DNA from: Paraspadella gotoi
Lineage: Eukaryota; Animalia; Chaetognatha
Direction of reading: 5' to 3'
Assembly (NCBI GenBank): GCA_051294375.1
Contig: CM119265.1
Location: 23,900,669-23,964,668 of the forward strand
Length of the DNA: 64,000 bases
Shown: positions 13,053 through 31,900 of the stretch, piece after piece
Layout: each line of letters opens with the position of its first letter
Position numbering within the stretch: the first letter of the stretch is position 1
Made by a program: the position numbers and the translations under genes
The notes under the pieces: model-generated
Seen by the model: only the letters and a program-made list of their open reading frames with translations
Told to the model about the DNA's origin: nothing
The model's database searches: none

Positions 13053-13352
13053 CAAAACATATTCGTTTAGTGAAGATTCCTGTTGTTTTCTAATTAGCTT
13101 TTCCAAAAACTCAAAATTACTTTCAAGGTTGCAATGCCATTACCATCCCTAATGAAATGGTCATTTATTCAGATCCATAAAATGAATCGAAAGACAGAAA
13201 AGGCGACAACTTTGACTACAAACAGTAAATATTTGACTTCATCTTCCAACTATATTTCATTTCACTCGGCGTCCTACTTCAAACGGTCATCCGCTGAGAT
13301 TTTTTTCCCCTCGTTCCTCCTCTTCCTCCATTTAAATTCTTTGCTACATCAA

Positions 13353-13414
<62 letters not shown>

Positions 13415-13471
13415 TCTTCCATCCCAATCTCACAAACGACCTCCCCCCTGCCTTCACATAATTCACAAGCG

Positions 13472-19274
<5,803 letters not shown>

Positions 19275-19354
19275 TTTTTGAGGATGGAAATTTGAAAATG
19301 GAAAATTCCTTGTTTTTGTTGTGCAGCTTAATTGTTTTCTGAATTAAAGGAGAG

Positions 19355-19436
<82 letters not shown>

Positions 19437-19572
19437 TCAGTAAGTAAAACTGTGAACTGAAAGAGTGTGAGAAAGCGAAGGTGAAAGGAACCTTTTTCGG
19501 TCTCGATCAGACGAACGATAATAAAAGAAGCACCAGAAGTTTCACATCTTGTGAGAGAGAGAAAAGAGAGAG

Positions 19573-19651
<79 letters not shown>

Positions 19652-19834
19652 AAGAGAGGGAGAGTCTGGAAGCGAATTGGATTTTTTGTTTGCACAACGA
19701 AAGATTTTTCCATCAGCGAATTTGACGCGAATTCACAGGATTCTCCGCTCGTGTTTTCTTTTTCTTTCTCGCTTGGAGGATTAATTTCTTTTTTTTTTCT
19801 TTATTTCTCTCTTTCTTTATTTTTTTTCTTATTT

Positions 19835-19886
<52 letters not shown>

Positions 19887-21158
19887 TCATTCATTCATTC
19901 ATTCATTCATTCATTCATTCATTCATTCATTCATTCATTCATTCATTCATTCATTCATTCATTCATTCATTCATTCTTCATTTTTTTCATTCTTTTTTGT
20001 CTTTCTTTGATTTTTGATTTATTTCTTTCTTACTGCTTGTTTGTCTGCTTGCTCACTGATCGAATTTTTAATTTTTTTCTCTTGCCCCCACTTCTCAGTT
20101 GTTTTCCAATCGCCCACTCTACCTCAAAAGGTTTCGCTCAAACTTCATTCTTCTCCTTTTTTGCATAACAAAAACTCCGCCTTAATTACGAGAACCTTCT
20201 TCCGGTTTTAGATTTTTTTTCAGGTTGAATCCTGAATGGAATTTCAAAACGTATTTTTAGATTATATAAATTTATTTTATTATGTTTAGCGATATTTTTG
20301 TTTTAAATTTTTATTTCGTCAACAGCTGCTATTTCGCAATTAATTTTTCGTTCATATCATTATATAAACGAGCTAATTTTGTTATAATTCTATAATGTAT
20401 ATTGTACGACTTCGACAGATATTCTGTATATTTTTAAATAAAAAAAGAAGAAAAAATTGTTCTTTTTTTCCCTTATTTTCCGTTCGAGTGCGGTAGTGGT
20501 TTGGTACTTATTCTCTTGAAATCGAGTAAATTTTGTTTTTGATTTCTTTTACGACTTTTTCTGTCAACTTTTTCTGTCTATTTACTTCGTCCGAGGTCGA
20601 ACTAAATCAATCAATAAAAAAAATTTTCTTTCCATTCTTAAGGTTTAACAAAGACACAACATTATTTTTACATCCGTATTTAAAACTCATTCCGTGCCCC
20701 TTCCCTTGATTCCACATTTCAACTTCCCTCGACCCCTGTGTACCCACCTTTACCCCTTATATCCAAACCCATCAAACCGCCACCCCCGCCCCCCAACTCC
20801 CTCCGCCCCCTGGATCTACGTGAGGAGTTTCGACCCTCAAATAATTTTTCCTCTACTGTCGAATGCCTCGAGAGATCCTACTCTCTTCTGGCTTTATGAA
20901 GGGCGGCCGCGTCGGCTGAGGTTGTGAGGGCGTTAAGGAGTGGCGAGGAGATGAGGTGACCTTTTTAGGACGACGATATCAAGGAGTGATGAGTGATGAG
21001 TGAACTGTGAATAGTGAGTTTTTTTGTTTTTGTGAAAAAGACTGTGATTAGGTGAAGGATAGTAGAGTGACTTTTGCACGAAGGTCAACGACTTTGTATC
21101 CGTCTTGACTATAATTCTTTTTGTAGGAATTATCGATCCCACGTACAAAGTTGATTTG

Positions 21159-21260
<102 letters not shown>

Positions 21261-23204
21261 ATGAGAGAGAACGATACCGACAGACAGAGACAGAGAGGTG
21301 AAAGGCCTCTGACCCAAAAGTGCTCGATATCGTAAAACTTGACGATGACGAATCGACGGCTACAGGGAAGGGGGGGGCGGTGGCAGGTCGAGGGGGGGCG
21401 GTAAGGGTTTAGGCTGGTGTGAAAAGTCGGTTCGTGACGTCGTCTTACTGTCACTTGTCCGCCTCTGAAGACTGACTTGTCTGGCTTGTCAGCATCGGAC
21501 GTTGGCATATCAGTGTTACTAGAATGCTGAACGTTTCACGAGACAATGAATTTATTTCCGCCAGTCAGTCGTTGATGCTTGAGATTCTTAGTAATATTAT
21601 GAAAGTTGTACAACTAATTTACAACCAAATTATGTTATAAAGAAAATAAAAGCGCCAAAAGAATTCTATAACGTTTTGAAACGAGAAAGTACTCTTTTAC
21701 TACTTTCATTCTCTGCCTTCTGATTCAAATACTAAGTTTCCAGAAAGGAGCTCTTATATCTTTTCCAATCGGTCGGTCCGTCTGTTTGTAGTAAGACTGT
21801 CTTCACGCCTGAGAATCGAGCCAATCAAAAGACGAGACACTTGAAAGTTTTCGCTTCTTCTCTTTTCTTTATTCGTAATCCGAGTCTCAGGTGTAAGACG
21901 ACGACTACGATGACGACGACGACGACAACGCCCCCACTTTTTTCCCCCGGCGCCGGTTTTTGTCGATGGCGACTAAGCGGCGCCGACTAATAAAAAATTC
22001 AGCGCCGTCGCTGACGCCATCTGTCGCCTTGCGCCGAGGCCGGGCGGTGCCGTGCTTAAGGGTCTTTTTGGCCGTCGACTCGACTGGTTCACCTTCTGTG
22101 GCCGGGCAGAAGCCTTGGAAATGCGGATCGATTCTAATTCAATAGATAAATAAAAGTCTCTTTAATATAATGTAAAAATGTAAAATATGAATGTCTCTAA
22201 CAGTCTCTCTCTCACTCCCCTTTTTTCATTTTGCTTTTTTAATCATTCGTTATAAATTTTGAGAAATGATTTATTTATAAAAATCTGAATATTAGCAAAA
22301 AATAAAGTAAATATATTTGCAAATAATAATTATGTTCATGGGATGTTATTACAACAATTTCTTAGTGAACGCCAACGACTAATATTCTCGGTCAATGACT
22401 CGTCAACAACAACACAACTGATCTCGTGATCTCGAAAGGAGACGAAGTTCCACATCCAATCTCAAAATATTTTTTACCTTTTAAAGAAAGAATTAGTTTT
22501 TTTTTTTCCCTTTCTCGTTCCTAATATCGAATAAATTACGTTTGGCCTTTGCCCCGAGTTCGGGGCGAAAAGTTGGCCCAATATTTGCCGACCGAAAAGT
22601 TGCCATTTGGCCTCAGAGAGGATTTTGAAAAAAAAAAAAGTTTTCGGAGGGAGACGGTCGATGACGACGACGATGGCGACGACTGCGACGACGACGACGA
22701 CGACTGCGACGACGACGACGACGACGACGTCGAGGACGCTTCTGGTTTTATTTCCAGCATTAAGCTCAGCCAAGGATGCCGTGGGGGATGAAGGGAAAGT
22801 GTGCGGTGGCTGGCGGACCCGGTTCGAAGGGTGGGGGAGTGGAAAAGTGTAGCGGGAAAAAGTGTGAAAAGGATTTCGTCTCTTGATTATCGAGTGAAGG
22901 CGTGAGAGGGGGAAGGGGGGAAGGAGGGGAAGGGGGGAAGGGGGGAAGGGCGGGAGGGGAAGGGGGAGAAAGGGGGGAGGCAGGGTTGTGAGGTAATTGA
23001 AGAGAGAAAGGAAAATCCCAGCGGGATGAAAACAATACGGAGGCCGTCGGGGGCGTTATGAGGAGGAGGGGGAATTATTAAGTTTGGATGGAAGAAAAAA
23101 GAAATGGGATTATATAAAAAAGAGGAAAAAGATTGGGAAGAAGGTAAAAAAGGAGGAAAGAGCAAGAGAATAATTAAAAAGAGTAAATAAGGGGAAGGTA
23201 TTAA

Positions 23205-24082
23205 GGGGACCCAGTGATAAAAATGATATCATAAGCTTAAGGTCTATCATCAAAGGAATTTGAATGGTGATAGTCATTAATTTTTCTTTGCACGGGAAAG
23301 TAGCAAAAAAATTCCTATCTCTTATTGTAGCGGAAACAAAAATTTAATAATTATGAAAAAAACATTTAGTTGACCCTACCTAAATATTTATATAATCCAT
23401 TATTTTATTTTCTATTAGAAAGTATTTTTTTACTAAATTCCAAATTTTTATTTTTTATTGTACAAAGCTACAATTTTAGGTTTAAGCCTCATTGAACAAA
23501 GGCTTTACAAGACTAATATTTTTTATTTTTATATTTATTTAAAAGCAGACAAATCAAACCTAAATTCTATTCTTACAGAAACAAAATTGTAATAATTATT
23601 AATTAATATTCATATTCATCCCTTAAATATATTATTAACTATATTGATTCCTAATTATAATAATTTAAAATTTAGCAAAAGTACAGAATCTTTCTCTTCT
23701 TTTTATATTATATTACTTCAAAGAGTTTTATTTTCATCCAATTAACAGAATTATTTGAAAAGAAAGTTTAAATAAAATCAGTCGATACCTTAAATTTTGA
23801 TTCATTCCTTGTTTTTTTTCTTATAATTTTTGTGATAAAAGCTAAAAAATCTTTTTAAAATTAGATCTTACCCTTTTTTGGAAAAAAAAATTTAAAATTT
23901 GAAAAAGATTTTCTTCTTACCGATTTTTTAAAGAAAATTAAGCTTGCTGATTTTTATCGATTTTTTAACTACTTTCCCAAATGATTATAAAAGAAAAAAA
24001 TGATATGGTCAGAACCAGCTTAAGTTAAAGGGTCAAACGTTATGTTTTCAGCTTTTTTACCCCCCCTGTTCACTTGGTCCCC
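23205..24082. mobile_element. Non-autonomous DNA transposon (Kolobok-type MITE)
   Basis: TTAA on both sides (23201-23204, 24083-24086). TIRs GGGGACCCAGTGA / TCACTTGGTCCCC (12/13 match) starting with GG. The AT-rich interior interrupts a continuous purine-rich tract. Confidence 0.75.
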
Positions 24083-24877
24083 TTAAGTGGGAAAGGAGTA
24101 AAGGGGAGGAAAAGGAAAGAGACTAAGAGAATGAAAATCGATATGGGAGAATCTGGATACGAAAGAGAGAAGAATATTAATAGAGGGGAAGTAAAAGCGA
24201 AGGGAGGGTTAATGAATGGGAAAATAGGAAAAAAAAATATAAATATGGAAAAAAAGTAAGGACTAAAAGAGATATATGTTTACACCTTCTAGCCATCGGT
24301 GATAAGGATAAGCGAAGCGAACTCGAGTGTTTTAATCAGAATCCTGTCATTAAATCTGTTTTTAATCTGAATCTTGTGATTAAATTGACGGAGATACTTG
24401 AGAATAAAGATTTCGATTGATAGTCTTACTGTTTTTGCTGAATTAGTAGAGAAACTGAATAATCGAGTGTTTTTTATTTGAATAATAAACAAATGAACTT
24501 TACTTTGATTGATAGTCTTACTGTTTTTATTGAATTAGTTTATTTGTAAATTTATATCTCTACTAAATAGACTAGGACTTACGAGGATAGTAGAATTAGA
24601 AACGAAGAAAAGAAAAAGAAGCGGAGAGAGAGAGATAGAAAATGGCGGGAAAAAGAGAGGAAAAAGCTCTTTCGAAGTTCGACGGAAAATGTGATGATAA
24701 AGTTAATGTTGCGTCGAGGATGAGAAATAATGCGAAATCTCCAAGTGGGTGAGAGAGTTCGATGGAGAACGACCACCTCGTGTTGAATCTGAATCCAAGG
24801 CAGTCTCGTAGGACGGAGTAATAGGTTAATATTTAATTGTTTATAATTCTAAAGGACTTTAAATTAAACGAAAAAGT

Positions 24878-25085
24878 ATTTGGTTACAAAGTTGCAGAGT
24901 AATTTATTTTCATTAAACAACGAGTTTTTCACAATTATTTGGACATGTTTCGGTCCTTGATTCCGACCTTCGTCAGCGCATTTGCAAATAATTGTGAAAA
25001 ACTAGTTGTTTAATGCAAATAAATTACTCTGCTACTTTGTAACCAAATCTCACACAACAACGAAAAGAAAGGAAAAGATACAATC
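24878..25085. mobile_element. Short Penelope-like (PLE) inverted insertion containing a hammerhead core
   Basis: 64-bp inverted repeat (24878-24941 / 24985-25048, 3 mismatches), tail containing ACAACGAAAAGAAAGGAAA, flanking 13-bp direct repeat AAACGRAAAAGTA (24866-24878 / 25086-25098). Confidence 0.7.
24942..24976 (-). ncRNA. Minimal hammerhead ribozyme core (Penelope-like element type)
   Basis: Minus strand CUGACGA-A-GGUC-GGAAUCAAG-GACC-GAAA-CAU-GUC: canonical CUGANGA/GAAA core, 4-bp stem II, palindromic ACAUGU stem III and GUC cleavage triplet. Stem I is weak. Confidence 0.7.
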
Positions 25086-25569
25086 AAACGGAAAAGTAGA
25101 AATAGAAATAGAATATCATTAGTTGACATAAATATGAAAATTATTTAACGTCATACAAAATGCTGCAATATTCAAATAAGATTTAATGACTTTATCTCAT
25201 GTCACGAGTTGTAATGGTTAGGGGGGATTAGATACTTCTTACTGAGAGAGACAGAGAGAGATCCGGTTTCGGTTCCGGAAAGAGAGTTGGTGCCATCGAG
25301 CTATGGTGCTTGAGTGCCATGGCGCCATCGAGCCGCTCGGCGGGAAAGGAGGTGGACCATATCGACCTCACGAGGCCCATGGCGAGCCGATGTTTGCAGC
25401 GGCGGCAGCAGCAGGGAAGGGTAGGGTGGCTGGAGCGTCGTAGGCAGCAGCAGCAGCAGCAACAGAGGCTGGAGCGGCGGAGCGGAACTTAACTTTCTTT
25501 GTTCCTTTTTCGTCTTTGTGTTCTTTTTTCTTTCGCTCGTCCGGATGATTTAGACATTTCTTTCTCTAG

Positions 25570-25604
<35 letters not shown>

Positions 25605-25651
25605 TCTCTGTCTCTTCCGTCTCTCTCTGCTCTTGTCGTCTTTCTGTCTCT

Positions 25652-25688
<37 letters not shown>

Positions 25689-25806
25689 TCCCGTCGAATC
25701 AGACATTTTTTGGAATTCAATGTAAAAAAAAATTTGGGTTTCATTTCAGGAAATGCATGAAGCGAAGGGAATTTTAATGCTTTCGCTGTGGGAGAGGGGG
25801 GGGACT

Positions 25807-28251
25807 GGGGGTGTAGAGATCTGATGAAAGTTTTTCCCCCAAATAAAAAAAAACGTCAAAACTCATCATGTGGAGTATCATTGGAAGAAAGAAGAGAGAG
25901 AGATAGAGAGAGAAAGGAAGAGAAGAATAGCTGTTTGAGGAAGAGAGGGAGAGAATGACTTAACTATGTAACACTTTTCGGTCTGTCAGTCTATAACGTA
26001 TCATAATACATATATCAGTCATATAATCTATCCTTTGTCTTCGTAGCGTCCTTTCTTTTTTCTGTAATTCTTCTGCCATCCTCTGCGGCCATTCTGTTCT
26101 CTTGCCTTTTAGATATCAGTTGCCCGTCTTTTTTTTTTAAATACTGAAATTGCAAACTCACGTATCTACCTAAAACATTTATTTCTTATTTAAAAGTATA
26201 AATTTTACGAAACGATACAAAAAGAACTAATGGCAAAAAAAAAAAAAGGAATAAAAATCTTTACAACCAGTAAAATAGTAGTTGAGAGCAAATTCTTGAG
26301 ATCGGGTAAACAATATATACGTAACAGCGGTTTGATCTAGTAGGCGATGCTATGATTAAAGTAAACCTGCAACTTTCAACAACAAAAAAACTTGACATTT
26401 TTCTTACAATCATAACCAACGAAACCCTTATTCACCAGAAATATCCCAGACACAAAAAACGACGACGACGAGAACGACGGCGTTGACGTTGCAGACGATT
26501 CGATCCACGCGCTTCCTCGATCATCTTCGGTCCAGAATTCACGCTCTGCGCGTCTCTACGCTGCAGGATTCGACGCTGCGGACCCGCCAGAGCAGCAACG
26601 CAAACGCTTCCATCGCGGAGCGGCGTCAGCGGCGGATTCGTCGGCGCGGTCCGCAGCGGCGCCGTTTTTAACGCCGATAAAATCGAGTTTAGATTCTGCA
26701 AATCCGTTTTCGAGTTCTTTGCAACGACCGTCTCCTTCTCTGTCTCTCTCTATCATCGCTATCCTTTCCTCCCTTCCTCCTTCGAATCTTCTCTTCGCCC
26801 CTCTCGACCTTTCTCCTTTCTCCTCCCTTCTTCCTCCTTCTTCCTATCCCATTTGTTCCTTCCTCCAACAACTCACTTTTCCCGCAATTCCACTCGATCA
26901 CCGTGTTCTCCAGCTGTGCTGCGCGGCGGCGGGCGTCGCCAAGGAGATGACAACAACGACGACGACGCAGACGAGGAAGAAGAGGAAACCAAAATGGAGG
27001 AAGTGGAAATGTTTGATGACGGAAGGCGTCGGTCTGGCGTCCATGGATGGTTGCAATCGGGGCCATGGCGGATGAAGCGAATTCCAGCGCAATCCTGGGT
27101 TGAAGGAAGGAATTTAAGGCAAAGTGAAAAATGAAAATTTATAAAAAATAATTACATCACAAGAGTTAAAACCAAAAAAAAAAAATTTAAATGAGATTTT
27201 TTTACAAATATTTTGAAAAAAAATTAATAATTTTTAATAAATATGTTATTATATAATATTTATTAAGATTATAGAAACTAAATATTTAAAAATTTTCTTG
27301 AAGTTCATTTCTTTTCGTTGTTAGTAGTATTTTTTAGATGTTAGAGGATTTGACAAGTTTTTGTTTGCAAAATAAATTATTCGTTGCAAACAAAAACTTT
27401 TTCAATTCTCTAAAAATTTCTTAAATATATTTTTTTTATATGTCGTCCATAAGACATAGTATTGGAGTCAAAGCAGAAACTCCACTAATGTCTAATCGAA
27501 AAAATCCTGAAAGCCTAAATTTGCTGACCTGGTACTATCAATTCTGCAAGTGAGACCCTGCAAAAATCCCTGAAAAACCCAAGCTTTTGCTGACCTGGTA
27601 CCCCAATCGCAATGCTGCAAGTGAGACCAAAATCCCTAAAGCCAAGCTTTTTGCTGACTGGTAACCCAATCAGCAATCCGCAAGTGAGACCCCAAAAATC
27701 CCTGAAAGCCAAGCTTTTGCTGACCTGTACACCCAATAGCAATCTGCAAGGAGACCCCAAAAATCCTGAAAAGCCCAAGCTTTTGCTAACCTGGTACACC
27801 CAATCAGCAATCCGCAAGTGAGACCCAAAAATCCCTGAAAGCCCAGCTTTTGCTGACCTGGTACACCCAATCATAATCCGCAAGTGAGGCCCAAAAAGCC
27901 CCGACTTCGTTAGTTCTGCGCCACAAGACCCGAGAAAAAACTGCATGATGGGAGGAGCGTGTTGGTGAGTATGGCGTTGATGTAAGTGAAGAGTTCGGAG
28001 CCTCTCGCCAACTAAGCATCATGATAAACAATATTATACATTAATTAATCTCTCTCTAACGCTTATTATGCTTTACCTGTATATTGCAGCCACAAGATCG
28101 AGATACCGAGAAGAAAGAGGATGAATACTTTTCCATAATCAGAAGTTCCACCTTAAAACAGGAAATGATTTCATTTTCTATCATTAGCTTACATCTTGCT
28201 TTCAAAAAAGTATTGCAAGTCAATAACTATTCGCTATTATAAGCTAGTAAG
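25807..28251 (-). other. Indel-rich duplicate of 28277-30776 (SLC5 exons 7-9 plus 3' flank), probably an assembly/gap-filling duplication
   Basis: Near-identical to the sequence just across the 25-N gap at 28252-28276. Differences are mostly 1-nt indels that frameshift the exons. Confidence 0.8.
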
Positions 28252-28912
28252 NNNNNNNNNNNNNNNNNNNNNNNNNGGGGGGTGTAGAGATCTGATGAAA
28301 GTTTTTCCCCCAAAAATAAAAAAAAACGTCAAAACTCATCATGTGGAGTATCATTGGAAGAAAGAAGAGAGAGAGATAGAGAGAGAAAGGAAGAGAAGAA
28401 TAGCTGTTTAGAGGAAGAGAGGGAGAGAATGACTTAACTATGTAACACTTTTCGGTCTGTCAGTCTATAACGTATCATAATACATATATCAGTCATATAA
28501 TCTATCCTTTGTCTTCGTAGCGTCCCTTTTCTTTTCTGTAATTCTTCTGCCATCCTCTGCGGCCATTCGTGTTCTCTTGCCTTTTAGATATCAGTTGCCC
28601 GTCTTTTTTTTTTTAAATACTGAAATTGCAAACTCACGTATCTACCTAAAACATTTATTTCTTATTTAAAAGTATAAATTTTTACGAAACGATACAAAAA
28701 GAACTAATGGCAAAAAAAAAAAAAGGAATAAAAATCTTTACAACCAGTAAAACTAGTAGTTGAGAGCAAATTCTTGAGATCGGGTAAACAATATATACGT
28801 AACAGCGGTTATGATCTAGTAGGCGATGCTATGATTAAAGTAAACCTGCAACTTTTCAACAACAAAAAAAACTTGACATTTTTCTTACAATCATAACCAA
28901 CGAAACCCTTAT

Positions 28913-31900
28913 TCACCAGAAATATCCCCAGACACAAAAAACGACGACGACGAGAACGACGGCGTTGACGTTGCAGACGATTCGATCCACGCGCTTTTCC
29001 TCGATCATCTTCGGTCCAGAATTCACGCTCTGCCGCGTCTCTACGCTGCAGGATTCGACGCTGCGGACGCCGCAGAGCAGCAACGCAAAACGCTTCCATC
29101 GCGGAGCGGCGTCAGCGGCGGATTCGTCGGCGCGGTCCGCAGCGGCGCCGTTTTTAACGCCGATAAAATCGAGTTTAGATTCTGCAAATCCGTTTTCGAG
29201 TTCCTTTGCAACGATCGTCTCCTTCTCTGTCTCTCTCTCTATCATCGCTATCCTTTCCTCCCCTTCCTCCTTCGAATCTCCTTCGCCTCTCGACTTCTCT
29301 CTTTCCTCCCTTCTTCCTCCCTTCTTCCTCCCATTTGTCTCCTTCCTCCAACAACTCCACTTTTCCCGCCAATTCCACTCGATCACCGTGTTCTCCAGCT
29401 GCTGCTGCGGCGGCGGCGGCGTCGCCAAGGAGATGACAACAACGACGACGACGCAGACGAGGAAGAAGAGGAAACCAAAATGGAGGAAGTGGAAATGTTT
29501 GATGACGGAAGGCGTCGGGTCTGGCGTCCATGGATGGTTGCAATCGGGGGCCATGGCGGATGAAGCGAATTCCAGCGCAATCCTGGGTTGAAGGAAGGAA
29601 TTTAAGGCAAAGTGAAAAATGAAAAATTCTAAAAAAATTACATTCACAAAGAGTTAAAACCAAAAAAAAAAAAATTTAAATGAGATTTTTTTACAAATAT
29701 TTTGAAAAAAAATTAATCATTAAATTTTATTAAGTTATAAAGTTATTATAAATATTTATTTTAGATTATAGAAAAACTAAAAAATATTAAAAATTCTTGA
29801 AGTATCCTTTCTTTTTCGTTGTTAGTAGTGATTAGAGAATTGACAAAGTTTTTGTTTGCAAAATAAAATTCGTTGCAAACAAAAACTTTTTCAATTCTCT
29901 AAAAATTTCTTAAATATATTTTTTTTTATATGTCGTCCATAAGACACTAGTATTGGAGTCAAAGCAGAAACTACCACTAATGTCTAATCGAAAAAATCCC
30001 TGAAAAGCATAATTTTTGCTGACCTGGTACACAATCTAGCAAGTGAGAGCCCCAAAAATCCCCTGAAAAACACCAAGCTTTTGCTGACCTGGTACCCCAA
30101 TCAGCAATCTGCAAGTGAGACTCCCAAAATCTCCTAAATAGCACCAAGCTTTTTGCTGACTTGGTAACCCAATCAGCAATCCGCAAGTGAGACCCCAAAA
30201 ATCACCTGAAAAGCCAAGCTTTTGCTGACCTGATACACCCAATAAGCAATCTGCAAGTGAGACCCCAAAAAAATCCCTGAAAAGCCCAAGCTTTTGCTAA
30301 CCTGGTACACCCAATCAGCAATCCGCAAGTGAGACCCCAAAAATCCCTGAAAAGCCATACATTTTTGCAGACCTGGTACACCCAATCAGCAATCCGCAAG
30401 TGAGGCCCCAAAAAGCCCCGACTTCGTTAGTTCTGCGCCACAAGACGCCGAGAAAGAAAACTGCCATGATGGGAGGAGCGATGTTGGTGAGTATGGCGTT
30501 GATGTAAGTGAAGAGTTCGGAGCCTCTCGCCAACTAAGCATCATGATAAACAATATTATACATTTAATTAATCTCTTCTAACGCTTATTATGCTTTACCT
30601 GTATCATTGGCAGCCACAAGATCGAGATACCGAGAAGAAAGAGGATGAATACTTTTCCGATAATCAGAAGTTCCACCTTTAAACAGGAAATGATTTCATT
30701 TTCTATCATTAGCTTTACATCTTGCTTTCAAAAAAGTATTGCAAGTCAATAACTAATTCGCTTATAAGCTAGTAAGCTATAAATAGCCCTAGAAAATTAC
30801 TTGCGAAGCTCTAGGTCGATATTTCCTCCAAATGTCCATAGTGAAAATTGTGGAGGCGCTGTTGAACACTGAGGTTTGCGACGACATCAATGCAGCCATC
30901 ATCACGGCCAACATCAAACCGCGGGCACCATCCGGCATGAGTCCAAGGACCAGCAAGGGATAAGCCAAGTTTGAACAACCCTGAAGAAACCAAAAAAAAA
31001 CTAGTAAAGAGTGTATTGATACATTTATTTTTTTATTTACAAACCTTTGTCGAGCCGCAACAAGCCTCGCAAATGGAGGGATGCTCGCAGGCAACAACGT
31101 CTTTGTACAAAACTCGTGAAATCATTCCGGGAAAAATCATAAGACCCAAAGTAAGTAGTTTGAGATACTCGGTCAAGACTACTCCCCCTTTGGCATGGGA
31201 TAAATTTTTGGCCGAAAGAACTCGCTGTACCATGACCTAGATTAAATTATAATTTTTATATTCGTTTGGTATGAGCCATGAAAATGATAGAAAGAAATGA
31301 TAATTCATATGAATTTTCGTTTTGAAATTTTTAAAAATACTTTTTACATTAATTGTACATTTCGTACGGTTATATCACAATCATATGATATCTGGTTGAC
31401 AGACAAGCATCCTGTTTACTTGGCAAAATATCGTCATTATTCCGACTAACAATATCTCCGAACTAGAGAAAATAACTCACCTGCTCGACGGAGAAATAAT
31501 AGCAAGCAAGTACTATGATGGTGAGGAAAGCCGGAAACGGATATTCCGGGTCGTTCAAAGGTCGCGTCAGGTGCATGAAATATTTAGTCGGTTCCTTGCC
31601 ACATTCTCCCATAGTCATATTGAGATCCGTTGAAAAGTTTCGATTGGCGATCGCGAGTGGAAATGCGGACACCAAATTTGACAACCCTCCAATTTTGATG
31701 AAAGCTATGACGGCGAGGTAAGCGCCACCCACCAACATCACGATGGTTTCGATAAAGTCGGTGAACATCACTGCTGTGAGTCCGCCGGTGATAGAAAAAA
31801 ACGCCGAAGCCGTAACTCTGAAATAAAGAAAACATTTTGGAATGTATAGTACAAATAATAATGTAAAATAAACACATCCAATCCACTTACACAATGATAA

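Noticed and set aside
27500-30410. Regularly spaced ~70-nt repeats as a CRISPR array
   Set aside because: Whole units repeat with no unique spacers, they derive from a host exon, the context is eukaryotic, and there are no cas genes.
25807-30776. Apparent tandem duplication or pseudogene of the SLC5 3' half
   Set aside because: The copies abut a 25-N gap and differ mainly by 1-nt indels, typical of long-read gap over-filling.
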